From positions 10,516 to 74,515 of the forward strand of contig JAEZYS010000009.1 in the NCBI GenBank assembly GCA_023418925.1: a stretch of DNA of 64,000 nucleotides, in the 5' to 3' direction. The notes beneath the pieces were generated by a model. That model was not told where the DNA came from. It made no database searches and was given only the letters and a program-made list of their open reading frames with translations. Of the stretch, positions 40,424 through 49,535 are shown in pieces (within the stretch, counting starts at the first letter, position 1; every line of letters starts with the position of its first letter). Made by a program: the position numbers and the translations under genes. Origin of the DNA: Bacillota bacterium (GTDB lineage: Bacteria; Bacillota; Clostridia; Oscillospirales; Ruminococcaceae).

Positions 40424-41806
40424 TTATTTTTTACTTTCAGTATATTTTCGAGTAATATCTACAACATCCTTGCTTAAAAACAGTATTGCAATAAGGTTTG
40501 GTATCAGCATAAGTCCGTTGAAAACGTCAGAAACCGACCACACAAGCTTTATTGCTGTAATTGAGCCGATGTATATTAAGCCTATAAACACTAGCTTGTA
40601 TACTAACGCAAGTCCGATTTTTCTTTTTGTCGGGCAAAGATATTCCGCACATTGCACCCCATAGAATGACCAGCCAAGCAATGTTGCAAATGCAAATACA
40701 GTTGTTGAAACTGTTATGAAAATCTCTGCAAACCCACCGAAAAATGTTGAGAATGCGTCTATAACTACGCTTACTCCTGCATCTGTGGGTACGGGTGTCT
40801 TTGTGCATAGAATAACCAACGCAGTAACTGTACAACATACTATTGTGTCAATAAAAACTTCTGCGATTGCCCACATTCCCATTTTGACAGGCTCTTTGCA
40901 ATCTGCCGCCGTATGCACAAGAACAGAGCTTCCAAGACCTGCCTCATTTGAAAATATGCCACGTTTCAGCCCTGTAGTTACAGCTGTTTTTATAAGAAAG
41001 CCTGCTGTTCCGCCTGCTGCCGCCCTTAAGCCAAACGCCGATGTAAATATTTTTGACATTACCGATGGTATTTCTTTATAAAAAACTACTATAAGTATTA
41101 TTGAGCCAAGTATGTAAAAAAGTGAAATAAACGGTATGATTTTTTCAGTTACTTTGGCTGTGCGCATACTTTCGCCGAGAATTACAATACCTGCAAGTAC
41201 ACATATAACAATGCCGCAAAGCTCTTTCGGAACAGCAAAGCTTGTGAATGCCGCTTCAGAGATTGCATTTGCCTGTGTCATGTTTCCGATTCCAAAAGAG
41301 CCAATCATACAACTGAAAGCATATATAACCGCCGCAGGTTTGCTTTTAAGACCATGTTCAAGATAGAGCATCGGCCCATTGAGAGCATTTTTTCCCGACT
41401 TTTGCTTATAATAAACTCCGAGGACGTTCTCCGCATAAGCTGTTGCCATCCCGAAAAATGCTGATACCCACATCCAGAACACAGCTCCAGGCCCCCCAAG
41501 CGCAATTGCAGATGCAACACCTACAATGTTGCCTGTGCCCATTGAGGCCGCAAGTGCTGTGGACAGAGCCTGAAACTGTGTTACTGTGTGAGTGGAGGAG
41601 GATTTTTGTCGGCATGAGAAAAGAGTTTCGGAGAAAATCACTCGGATTTTCCTGAACTGAAAAAAACCTGTGCGTATGGTAAAGTAAATTCCTGTGCAGA
41701 ATATCAGCAGAACGGTTCCTGTTCCCCATATTAAACTGTTTATTTTGTCGATAATTATACTAAGTGTTGATATTATGTCTATATTTAACCATCCTTTCTG
41801 ATACAA
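40424..41806 (-). CDS. Alanine/glycine:cation symporter (AGCS family)
   Basis: 460 aa polytopic. N-terminal ...INSLIWGTGTVLLIFCTGIYFTIRTGFFQF and ...AIALGGPGAVFWMWVSAFFGMAT are characteristic of sodium:alanine symporter family proteins. Confidence 0.85.
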   Translation of the reverse strand: MYQKGWLNIDIISTLSIIIDKINSLIWGTGTVLLIFCTGIYFTIRTGFFQFRKIRVIFSETLFSCRQKSSSTHTVTQFQALSTALAASMGTGNIVGVASAIALGGPGAVFWMWVSAFFGMATAYAENVLGVYYKQKSGKNALNGPMLYLEHGLKSKPAAVIYAFSCMIGSFGIGNMTQANAISEAAFTSFAVPKELCGIVICVLAGIVILGESMRTAKVTEKIIPFISLFYILGSIILIVVFYKEIPSVMSKIFTSAFGLRAAAGGTAGFLIKTAVTTGLKRGIFSNEAGLGSSVLVHTAADCKEPVKMGMWAIAEVFIDTIVCCTVTALVILCTKTPVPTDAGVSVVIDAFSTFFGGFAEIFITVSTTVFAFATLLGWSFYGVQCAEYLCPTKRKIGLALVYKLVFIGLIYIGSITAIKLVWSVSDVFNGLMLIPNLIAILFLSKDVVDITRKYTESKK

Positions 41807-41940
41807 TAATTTTAAAATCTGACAAAAAATTGTTTTAAATGTCTGCTTAATATGTTATAATATATATGATATGTATTAATATCTATTGAACTGCATTTTT
41901 CAGTTCTGCAAAGATAACTCAATAATAAGGAATAACTGAT

Positions 41941-42438
41941 ATGAAAAAATACTTTGCGGATAAACGCTGTATTATATATCTTAGAGTATTATCGTTTATA
42001 CTAATTCTTTGTTTAATTGGAATATTGAATTACGGATTGGATTATATTAAGGAAATATTTCCACAATATTTTCTGCCTACAAAGATATCTATTCCTGAAA
42101 TAGTAATGTGGGCTGTAATAATTGTGTTTATTATAGCGTATGTTTTATTTTTGGTAATTATTCTGCCTCTTTGGCTCGGAACCTTGTCTTATATAATTTA
42201 TACTGATGAAATTGAAGTTAGGTACGGGCTTTTCTCAAAAACCAGAAAATATATGAAATTGTCTGCTATTCAGTACATCACAAAAATCTCGTTCCCACTA
42301 TCAAGGTTTACATGCCTTAACTTTATATTTCTCCATGCACTTGGCGGGAGATTATCCCTCATTTTCCTGAATGACAGGGATACCGAAAAGGTTGTAAAAA
42401 AAATTGATAACTATATTCTTAGCAGAGGTGGCCTGTAA
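41941..42438 (+). CDS. Membrane protein with bacterial PH (bPH_2) domain, YdbS-like
   Basis: Two TM helices followed by a short PH-like domain. Gene pair with the following YdbT-like protein (start overlaps stop), the conserved ydbS-ydbT arrangement known from Bacillus. Confidence 0.6.
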   Translation: MKKYFADKRCIIYLRVLSFILILCLIGILNYGLDYIKEIFPQYFLPTKISIPEIVMWAVIIVFIIAYVLFLVIILPLWLGTLSYIIYTDEIEVRYGLFSKTRKYMKLSAIQYITKISFPLSRFTCLNFIFLHALGGRLSLIFLNDRDTEKVVKKIDNYILSRGGL

Positions 42439-43904
42439 TGGTAAGACAGCATAAAGCGGCAATTCTTTTTCTTACCACAAAAAACCTATGGTTACTGCTT
42501 ATTCCGCTTGTCAGAGGTCTTGTCGCAATAAAATTTGATTTTTATTCCTGGATTCAGGGAGCGTATCTTGACCTTATTGTAATTGCTGTTATAATTGCGT
42601 CTGCTATATTAAGATGGTTTTGCATAGGCTTTAGTGTAAACGAAGAATACTTTACCTACAAAGCCGGCGTAATTGCAAAATTCAACACAAAAATTCACTA
42701 TTCATCAATTTCAGCTGTAACATCGGAAAGACCTTTCTGGCTCAGACCGTTTAAAGCTGTGAGGGTTTATATTGAAACTGACGGAACAACTATGGGTCCA
42801 GTTACACGGACGGCAGATATATCCCTTATCACCAATGAAGACCACTGCTCAGCTCTATTTCGTAAGCTATATGTAAAAACTGATAAAACAAGGGTTACTC
42901 ACCATATCGAAAGAGTACAACTTTTGTTCTTTTCATTAGTATTTTCATCTACTTTGTCAGGCGTGATCTTTATCGTCACCCTTTTCATTCAGGGAGGCAA
43001 ACTTGTCGGGCAGGAACTTGAGAACAAGTTCCTTACAGCTGTAAATAATGTTACTGATGTTGTTGAAAGAGCTATCAGGTTTGTTCCTAGAACAGCACTT
43101 CTTGTAGCGCTGATTATTGGTGCAGGCTGGCTTATTTCTGTTATAAGAAATTTTCTTCGCCACGACAAGTTCAAGGTTTCAAGAAAAGGCAACAACATTA
43201 CAATCACAAACGGCTTTCTTACAAAAAGAAAGTATTATATGAATTCCAACAAGATTAACTATGCAGATTTAAGGCAGACACTTTTTATGAAGCTTTGCGC
43301 TGTGATGTCAGTTCATATAAACTGTTCGGGATATGGTAAGGCAAAAAATGAAATTCCTGTTTTCATTCCTGTTCTGAAAGAGGAGAAAGTTCAGGGAATA
43401 TTCAAAGAAATGCTGCCTGCTTTTGTTTTATCAGAAAACGAAATCACCACTCGTAAAGGATATGTCTTGCGTTTTCTTATGCCTCCTACCCTGCTGATTT
43501 TCGGCATAATGATTGCTGCATTTATCCTTGATTTGATTTATCCAGAGTGGTACAGCATTATTTTATTCCTTACAATAATGGCGGAAATACCTTTTGCTTT
43601 ATTACTGGTTGCAAAATGTGTTTCATTTTTAACAAATGGTATTTCTTTTAAGAATGACGTTGTTTGTCTGCGTTACAGTAAGGCATGGCAGTTCCATACC
43701 GTTGTTGTCCCAATGTCAAGAGTGGCTAGAGTGAGTGTTAAGCAAACTTTGTTCCAGAGGGCAAACGGCTCCTGCGATGTAATTATCAACTCTTACTCGG
43801 AGCATACAGGATATCATAGAGTAAGGGGCATGAATCTGGATGAAGCAGTCAGACTTATAAAAAACACAGGTATTGCCAGCACAGCTAATACAGAAAAAAT
43901 TTGA
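42438..43904 (+). CDS. Membrane protein with tandem bPH_2 domains, YdbT-like
   Basis: 488 aa with alternating TM pairs and ~100-aa soluble modules (three repeats). Confidence 0.6.
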   Translation: MVRQHKAAILFLTTKNLWLLLIPLVRGLVAIKFDFYSWIQGAYLDLIVIAVIIASAILRWFCIGFSVNEEYFTYKAGVIAKFNTKIHYSSISAVTSERPFWLRPFKAVRVYIETDGTTMGPVTRTADISLITNEDHCSALFRKLYVKTDKTRVTHHIERVQLLFFSLVFSSTLSGVIFIVTLFIQGGKLVGQELENKFLTAVNNVTDVVERAIRFVPRTALLVALIIGAGWLISVIRNFLRHDKFKVSRKGNNITITNGFLTKRKYYMNSNKINYADLRQTLFMKLCAVMSVHINCSGYGKAKNEIPVFIPVLKEEKVQGIFKEMLPAFVLSENEITTRKGYVLRFLMPPTLLIFGIMIAAFILDLIYPEWYSIILFLTIMAEIPFALLLVAKCVSFLTNGISFKNDVVCLRYSKAWQFHTVVVPMSRVARVSVKQTLFQRANGSCDVIINSYSEHTGYHRVRGMNLDEAVRLIKNTGIASTANTEKI

Positions 43905-43922
43905 CAAAAGGATTGTATTGAG

Positions 43923-44471
43923 ATGGAAAAGCAGGACGTAAAATTTGAAAAAATGGAACTAATCTTCAAGAAATCTGTTCTGAAGGGAGTTGCTATAATT
44001 GGCTCAATTTTAATTCTTCTCCAGGCGTTTGCCCTTCAGCTTGTTTCGGATAAAATTTTTTTCTTCAAATTCAACCTTGGAATTTTTGAGGAGACACAAC
44101 TGCCTGAAACAATTATTATTGATAATGGTGAGAAATACAATGGGCCTGATTTTGACATGCATATTGAAAATGTAAATGTAGAAAATAATATTGTTACTAT
44201 TAAAGTACGCATGAAATTCAGAGGCGGAAACAGCGATTTTCTTAGTAAGCAGGACTTTATTCTCACCGGTTACGATAAAAATTATTCCTTTAAAAACAAT
44301 TACAGCATTACCGCTCCACAAATATTTCATTGTTACGGTGGTGAACGTCAGATTGTTGTTAAATATCAGCTTACACCTGAAATGACAGAAAATTCAGTTA
44401 TACAAGATTATTATTTACAGTGTTCAAATAATTATTTTCCTGATAATGTTATATTTAAGTTATCAATTTAA
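43923..44471 (+). CDS. Hypothetical N-terminally anchored extracytoplasmic protein
   Basis: TM GVAIIGSILILLQAFALQLV followed by a beta-rich ~140-aa domain. No motif. Confidence 0.35.
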   Translation: MEKQDVKFEKMELIFKKSVLKGVAIIGSILILLQAFALQLVSDKIFFFKFNLGIFEETQLPETIIIDNGEKYNGPDFDMHIENVNVENNIVTIKVRMKFRGGNSDFLSKQDFILTGYDKNYSFKNNYSITAPQIFHCYGGERQIVVKYQLTPEMTENSVIQDYYLQCSNNYFPDNVIFKLSI

Positions 44472-44599
44472 ACATGTTGCACAGGTTTGACATGCTGGTT
44501 TTTTCTTTTTTATTAAAAAACGACATTTTTTTAAAAACCTGTTGACAAATCAGTTATTGTGCAGTATAATAAATATCGTCCCATTCGGACAAGCGCTTT

Positions 44600-44675
44600 G
44601 GCGGTATAGCTCAGAGGCTAGAGCAACCGGTTCATACCCGGTAGGTCGTAAGTTCAAATCTCACTGCCGCTACCA
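44600..44675 (+). tRNA. tRNA-Met (anticodon CAT), elongator-type
   Basis: GGCGGTA-TA-GCTC-AGAGGCTA-GAGC-A-ACCGG-TTCATAC-CCGGT-AGGTC-GTAAG-TTCAAAT-CTCAC-TGCCGCT-A-CCA. Cloverleaf with CAT anticodon and encoded CCA. Resembles Firmicutes elongator tRNA-Met. Lacks the initiator GGG/CCC anticodon-stem signature. Confidence 0.8.
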
Positions 44676-44720
44676 TATTGTAATAAGCGGTAAAGATAAC
44701 ACTTCGCTTATTACAATTGC
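44676..44720 (+). other. Inter-tRNA spacer hairpin (possible processing site)
   Basis: TTGTAATAAGCG-gtaaagataacactt-CGCTTATTACAA: 12-bp perfect inverted repeat between the two tRNAs. Confidence 0.5.
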
Positions 44721-44795
44721 GGCCCGTTGGTCAAGAGGTTAAGACGACGCCCTTTCACGGCGTAATCATGGGTTCAATTCCCGTACGGGTCACCA
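44721..44795 (+). tRNA. tRNA-Glu (anticodon TTC)
   Basis: GGCCCGT-TG-GTCAAGAGGTTAAGAC-G-ACGCC-CTTTCAC-GGCGT-AATCA-TGGGT-TCAATTC-CCGTA-CGGGTC-A-CCA. Closely matches the bacterial tRNA-Glu consensus. Its 3' 23 nt are repeated at 59482. Confidence 0.9.
44773..44795 (+). repeat. attL core: 23-bp tRNA-Glu 3' end (direct repeat copy 1)
   Basis: TTCAATTCCCGTACGGGTCACCA is identical to 59482-59504. Confidence 0.8.
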
Positions 44796-44799
44796 GACT

Positions 44800-44846
44800 T
44801 AAGGCTGTCAAACAACGTAATTACGCTGTTTGACAGTTCTTTTTTT
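44800..44846 (+). terminator. tRNA operon terminator
   Basis: CTGTCAAACAACG-taattac-GCTGTTTGACAG followed by TTCTTTTTTT. Confidence 0.8.
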
Positions 44847-44923
44847 ATCCCTTGGGTCTTACTTGGGACTTATTCTAACTTATCGTATTTTGCTCTGTCA
44901 TTTAGTAGTGACAGGATTTTTTA

Positions 44924-46102
44924 TTATGCTGGGTCTTTTCTAGTAAAACTAATTGCATTAGCAACGGCGTCGCAAGCTTTCACTTGGTTTTCTTTGAACA
45001 TATGACTATACAAATTCAAAGTTGTTGAAACTTGGCTATGACCTAATATCCCAGAAACTGTTGTCGGGTCAATACCTGCACCGATTAATAAACTGGTATG
45101 TAAATGTCGAAATTGATGAATTCCATAACAAGGAAAGTCATTCTTTTCACAAAATTCCTTAAGCCAGCCATACGGTGTCTGCGGATTCATCGGAGAGCCA
45201 TCCAACTTAACAAATAACCTGTCAGTATGATTCCATTTGCTGCCCATCTTTTCAATCTCAATATCTTGCTCCACTTTATAAAGCTTTATAATCGAGATTA
45301 TCTCCATTGGCACTTTTATAAAACGTACTGAGCTCTCAGTTTTTGTCGTATCCGTGTAAATCCCCTTTTCCTTTGTGTAATTTGAGGTTCTTTGCACATG
45401 AATTACACCTGTTTCAAAATCAATGTCTTTCCACTCCAAACCGAGCATTTCTCCTCTGCGCATGCCACTGTAGATATCCAAAGTGAAAAATACACGATAT
45501 TTAAGCGGTGCAAGCTGTAAAAGCTTAAAAAACTTCTCGGTTTCTTCAAGTGTAAGGATTTTACGTTCCTTTTTGCTTCCTTTAGGAATAGTAACACGTC
45601 TGCAAGGGTTATCGGAAAGCATATCCATCTTTATTGCATAATCAATAATTGTTGATATAAACGATAGATAATGAACCATTGTTTTTCGTGACAATGCTTT
45701 ACCCGTGTTTTCATTAGTGCCATCTTTAGCAAGGCTATTAATGAATTTATGAATTTCACGAGTTGTTAGCTTATCTAAACGAATATGCCCTATTGCTTCA
45801 TAAGTACGCTTTGTAAGCTGGCGTTGACGTGTGTATGTAGTGCTTTTTAGGTTGAGCCTTGCGTAATCCCCAAACCATTCTTCAGTAAAGTTTTCAAATT
45901 TAATTGCTGAAACAATTTGTCCGTGCTTGCAGTCTTCTTCAAAAAGAATCGCCTGACGCTGTAATTCCTTTTCGATTTGCTTTGCAGTCATATCAGGATC
46001 TGGAGTCCAAGTCATCTTTTGAGTAACCTGTTTTCCATTCATCTTATAACCGCATGAAACTTTAATTCTGTATGAGTTTCCTCTTTTTTCTATTGATGCC
46101 AT
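44924..46102 (-). CDS. int: Tyrosine-type site-specific integrase (Tn916-Int-like with N-terminal arm-binding domain)
   Basis: N-terminus MASIEKRGNSYRIKVSCGY...GKQVTQK... is an arm-type DNA-binding domain. C-terminal catalytic residues: R...HxLRH (HQFRHLHTSLL) and the Tyr region (LGHSQVSTTLNLYSH). Confidence 0.9.
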   Translation of the reverse strand: MASIEKRGNSYRIKVSCGYKMNGKQVTQKMTWTPDPDMTAKQIEKELQRQAILFEEDCKHGQIVSAIKFENFTEEWFGDYARLNLKSTTYTRQRQLTKRTYEAIGHIRLDKLTTREIHKFINSLAKDGTNENTGKALSRKTMVHYLSFISTIIDYAIKMDMLSDNPCRRVTIPKGSKKERKILTLEETEKFFKLLQLAPLKYRVFFTLDIYSGMRRGEMLGLEWKDIDFETGVIHVQRTSNYTKEKGIYTDTTKTESSVRFIKVPMEIISIIKLYKVEQDIEIEKMGSKWNHTDRLFVKLDGSPMNPQTPYGWLKEFCEKNDFPCYGIHQFRHLHTSLLIGAGIDPTTVSGILGHSQVSTTLNLYSHMFKENQVKACDAVANAISFTRKDPA

Positions 46103-46505
46103 GTGGCAAACCTCCTTTGTGTTTGACCATCGGCATATTTCTGCTACATTAATTATACCACTTTCACTTTATCAAGTCAACACTTTACATCGCAAAACCG
46201 AATTTTTTACAGCAGGAATATACATCATAGTGGTCAAATTTCGTCATTTTTTTAAGTGCCTAAGTTTAACTTAGGCACTGAATAATGTTCAGCCCCTAAG
46301 GCAGTATTTATCAGTAATCTATTTCTGCTCATATATCCCCCTAATCTGCCATAAAGTCTTTACGGCGTATTAATAATAATTCTATCCACTCTATATATTG
46401 TATATAGTGGACAACCTTACATTGTTTTTTTCTTAAACCGCTCGGAGTAATATTCCGAGTGATTTATTATTATGTACCTGATACAAAGATTGTTTGTATC
46501 AGATT

Positions 46506-47924
46506 TTACCTTGATTTTTTCTTTACAGCATTTTGCTCCTGCCTTTTCTTCTCCTCCACCAACCGAGAAATATAATCGCCCTTTGAAATGTCGTGATAGG
46601 TTTTAGCAATATCAGCATAAACATCATACAGCTTCTTACAGCTCTCAAAACTATTATTGAGGGCTGATATTTTTTGCTTTGTGTCGAACTGTAATTGCTT
46701 CAAATGTTCAAAATCCTCACGGCTGTTGATACCATTTTTCTGCATAGTCTGCCTGGAAATATTCAAACGCAATTTCTCAGAAATTGAAAGTGATGACTTT
46801 TCTGAAAGCTCATAAAAATTATCTGCCAACTCAACAAGGCTATTAAGCCTGTCCTGTTCCGATAAAAGAACGTTAAGTTCCTGCCTCGCATTTTCATATG
46901 TATCTTTTAATGACTCGATTTTACCCTCAAGCTCACCTATGGAATGGATATTGTCTCGATTAATAATGATAAGCTGTGCTGATAATTTGTATACATCCAT
47001 GTCATTTTCGGGAGAATAAGTAGCAGAACTGTCACGCTTTCTTTGAATTTTCCTACCATCCTTTGCAAGCTGAGATACCTCATCAATTTCTTTGATGTAA
47101 TCATCACGAATAGGTGCAGGCTCGCCTGAAAGAGTGATATTTGCACCAACATCACGCCAGCGAATTCGGGATATAAGACTTGCTTCGGTATAATCCTCAC
47201 CCAGCGTTTTACAACGGACAAAACGTTGTTGTCCCTCTGCCTTAATAGAGATATATTTTCCACGCTTAACGGTGTAGCCGAGAAGCCCCAGTTCATATAG
47301 CAGCTCATCAATATTTTTAACAGAAGCAATAAGCCTGTCAATCTCAACACGGATTTTCTGTTTCCATGATGTGCCCTTGCACTTATGTTCCCATTCATTG
47401 TAAGCCATAGTTTTGCCTTTGCTCTTGTTTTTATCATATGGTTGAATTTCAAATGCAAGGCATACCCTGTCAGAATACTCCTTGATTTTATTCAAAGTGG
47501 TTTGATTATCATAAAATTTCTTGCCCGACAGCGAGTATGAATTCAGAATAAAATGCGAATGGATATGATTTTTGTCACAATGCGTGGCAATTACAATCTG
47601 ACAGTCATCACCAAACGTCTTACGGGCAAAGGCTTTCGAATTTCTATGAGCATCTTCTGGAGAGATGTTATCCTGTGGGTCAAAAGACTGAATATAGTGA
47701 ATTGCTTTTACTCTTCCCTTGCCGTTCAAAGGTAGTGGCTCGTTATATTTCTTCCCTGAAAAATGCTCATAAACCATTTTCATATTCAAATAAGCATCCT
47801 CAGCATTAGCCATACAGTTTAGGGCAGTGGTATAAAGCAAATCTTCTGTCTTTTCAGGATTTAATATGTAGGCTAAGCTGCGGTCGACTGTATTGTGGAG
47901 ACAAATTGATTTAATGTATGGCAT
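46506..47924 (-). CDS. Relaxase/mobilization nuclease (MobA/VirD2-type relaxase domain, 3-His motif) with coiled-coil C-terminus
   Basis: HxDxxHxHxH motif (ATHCDKNHIHSHFIL). N-terminal catalytic Tyr region. 472 aa. Confidence 0.8.
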   Translation of the reverse strand: MPYIKSICLHNTVDRSLAYILNPEKTEDLLYTTALNCMANAEDAYLNMKMVYEHFSGKKYNEPLPLNGKGRVKAIHYIQSFDPQDNISPEDAHRNSKAFARKTFGDDCQIVIATHCDKNHIHSHFILNSYSLSGKKFYDNQTTLNKIKEYSDRVCLAFEIQPYDKNKSKGKTMAYNEWEHKCKGTSWKQKIRVEIDRLIASVKNIDELLYELGLLGYTVKRGKYISIKAEGQQRFVRCKTLGEDYTEASLISRIRWRDVGANITLSGEPAPIRDDYIKEIDEVSQLAKDGRKIQRKRDSSATYSPENDMDVYKLSAQLIIINRDNIHSIGELEGKIESLKDTYENARQELNVLLSEQDRLNSLVELADNFYELSEKSSLSISEKLRLNISRQTMQKNGINSREDFEHLKQLQFDTKQKISALNNSFESCKKLYDVYADIAKTYHDISKGDYISRLVEEKKRQEQNAVKKKSR

Positions 47925-48211
47925 AAGCTTGCGTAATCCTCCTGAAATTTTTTAAAGTCATCCGCATAAATGCTGTTGATTTCATTTGACTTTTTTGCTA
48001 TCTGATTGATATTTGTACCTATTTTGCGGAGCGTATTAACAACGGGTGTGAAACTTTGAAAGTCGGCATTGATAATTTGCCCATCTAGAGCCATACGGCG
48101 AATATACTCACTGGTTTTCATAGAAATTGCGTTAGCACGGCTTTCAACTTCATTCCATTCATTGAGGTCGAAAACAACCTCTTTACGTTTAACCTGTTTA
48201 AATTTTCTCAT
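47873..48211 (-). CDS. MobC-like relaxosome accessory protein
   Basis: Small basic protein (MRKFKQVKRKEVVFDLNEWNEVESRANAISMKTSEYIRRMAL...) immediately upstream of the relaxase, overlapping its start. Pattern typical of MobC/ribbon-helix-helix mobilization proteins. Confidence 0.6.
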   Translation of the reverse strand: MRKFKQVKRKEVVFDLNEWNEVESRANAISMKTSEYIRRMALDGQIINADFQSFTPVVNTLRKIGTNINQIAKKSNEINSIYADDFKKFQEDYASLCHTLNQFVSTIQSTAA

Positions 48212-48326
48212 TGAAAAATCACCTCCAATCTTGATAAGCGGTCTTAGGTGCAACCTAAATTTAAAGGGATGAGCATTGTTCTTAGCGGCAGCAGAACAAC
48301 GTTTTTATGAGGGTAACACCATTAAA

Positions 48327-48427
48327 ACGGGCGAAATCCAAAAGTATCTGTATACTTTCTGTGGCTTGCTAAACGTACTTAATAAAAAAGAATTCATACT
48401 CCTGCTTTTTAAGCATTTCGCCCGTTA
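48327..48427. promoter_or_regulatory. Candidate oriT / regulatory inverted repeat upstream of mobC-relaxase
   Basis: 12-bp perfect inverted repeat AACGGGCGAAAT (48327-48338) ... ATTTCGCCCGTT (48416-48427), in the position where oriT usually lies, upstream of mobC. Confidence 0.4.
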
Positions 48428-48444
48428 GGGCATACCCTCAATTT

Positions 48445-48741
48445 TTATGCTGCATTGCCATTCAGGTAATCCATCAGAGCAGACTTGCTTACAAGGATTT
48501 TCCCATTATTGCCTGCACCTGTTCTGATAAAAGAAATCTTGCCTTGTTTAACAAGCTGACGGACAGTATGCTCCGAAAGTCCTCTGACGGTTTCTGCACA
48601 CTCCTTAATAGTGAGCATTTCAACAGGCTGATTAACATTATGAACGATATTAGGCACTATCGGTTCATAATCAACAATAATTGTTTTTTCGAGTAGTGCC
48701 ACTACCTCTGTGATAATTATATTTTTCTGTTTAAGTGTCAA
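48445..48741 (-). CDS. xis: Excisionase-family DNA-binding protein (Xis, MerR-like winged helix)
   Basis: LTIKECAETVRGLSEHTVRQLVKQGKISFIRTGAGNNGKILVSKSAL matches the excisionase-family HTH domain. Located between the mob genes and the regulator as in Tn916-type elements. Confidence 0.7.
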   Translation of the reverse strand: MTLKQKNIIITEVVALLEKTIIVDYEPIVPNIVHNVNQPVEMLTIKECAETVRGLSEHTVRQLVKQGKISFIRTGAGNNGKILVSKSALMDYLNGNAA

Positions 48742-48925
48742 TGTAACCCTCCTTTTTCATTGCAATCTCATTGATAAGAGCAAGCAGTTCCCATTGCTTA
48801 TCCTCACTCATTTCAAATCGCATACGGCGAACCATAGTCTGCTCAGAAATACCGAGAGCAACAGCAAGCTCCCACTGGTACACCTTTTTATCTTTCAGCT
48901 CATACTTAATAATTTCATTAGCCAT
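48731..48925 (-). CDS. Small HTH transcriptional regulator
   Basis: MANEIIKYELKDKKVYQWELAVALGISEQTMVRRMR... has an HTH. Overlaps the xis start. Confidence 0.55.
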   Translation of the reverse strand: MANEIIKYELKDKKVYQWELAVALGISEQTMVRRMRFEMSEDKQWELLALINEIAMKKEGYIDT

Positions 48926-49164
48926 TTTGTTTCCTCCTGTCATTCCATATATGAAGTATGCTGGCAGCGAATAAACAGCGGTCAAGGCGGCGAACATTTT
49001 CCCTGTTCAAAATCAGCATCATCATAATTAAAGTATATCAAAAAAATATAACCCCTGCCGTATATGCGATAATCCGAAAATTTTTGCAAACGGAGGGGCG
49101 AAATTTTATATATGGAATTTTGAAACTACCTGATTTATAATGACTAATGACAATTAATAATCTG

Positions 49165-49195
49165 CTTGATTTTGGATGAAATATGTGTTATAATA
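49165..49195 (+). promoter_or_regulatory. Consensus sigma-70 promoter driving the RT leader
   Basis: TTGATT - 17 nt - TATAAT (cTTGATTttggatgaaatatgtgtTATAATa), a perfect -10 box. Predicted transcription start ~49202. Confidence 0.7.
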
Positions 49196-49199
49196 TCAT

Positions 49200-49535
49200 T
49201 GCATCATGTAATGACATGATGGTTGGGCATTGTTGTCAAGTAGTCTAATATGATTTCTTTGGAAACATTTAAACTTACTCGGCAGAGTTCTTCCAGCAGA
49301 ATTGTTGCTGTCAGAATAACAATATGACACAATAGATTGTTGATAGAACATCCCTCCTCGATTATTATAACATAATTGATGATTGAACAGTGTGTGGTTA
49401 CATACACTATGGGTAGTCGGTGTTTAGTTTTCGACACAAAAATTTAAAACTGAATACTGCGTTAATGTTATGCCTGTCGGTGTTGGATACTGCCCCCTTG
49501 CCGATGGGCATTTTCACATTTAAAGGAGAGCACAT
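49200..49535 (+). ncRNA. ~335-nt structured 5' leader / candidate RT-associated ncRNA
   Basis: No credible ORF on the + strand. Hairpins: CATCATGT-aatg-ACATGATG at the predicted 5' end; CAGCA-gaattgt-TGCTG; and a 10-bp stem UGCCUGUCGG/CCGAUGGGCA with a 20-nt loop immediately before the RBS (AAAGGAGAG) of the RT. Confidence 0.45.

Noticed and set aside
44853-44920. Hairpin CTGTCA-tttagtag-TGACAG between the tRNA terminator and integrase 1 as an att arm-site or second terminator
   Set aside because: Short 6-bp stem. Function cannot be distinguished from a fortuitous palindrome, so it was not called.
49204-49437. 77-aa minus-strand ORF and 60-aa plus-strand ORF (48958-49140) in the region upstream of the RT
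   Set aside because: No RBS and atypical composition. The region is better explained as promoter plus structured leader of the RT. Calling them genes would hide the ncRNA candidate.
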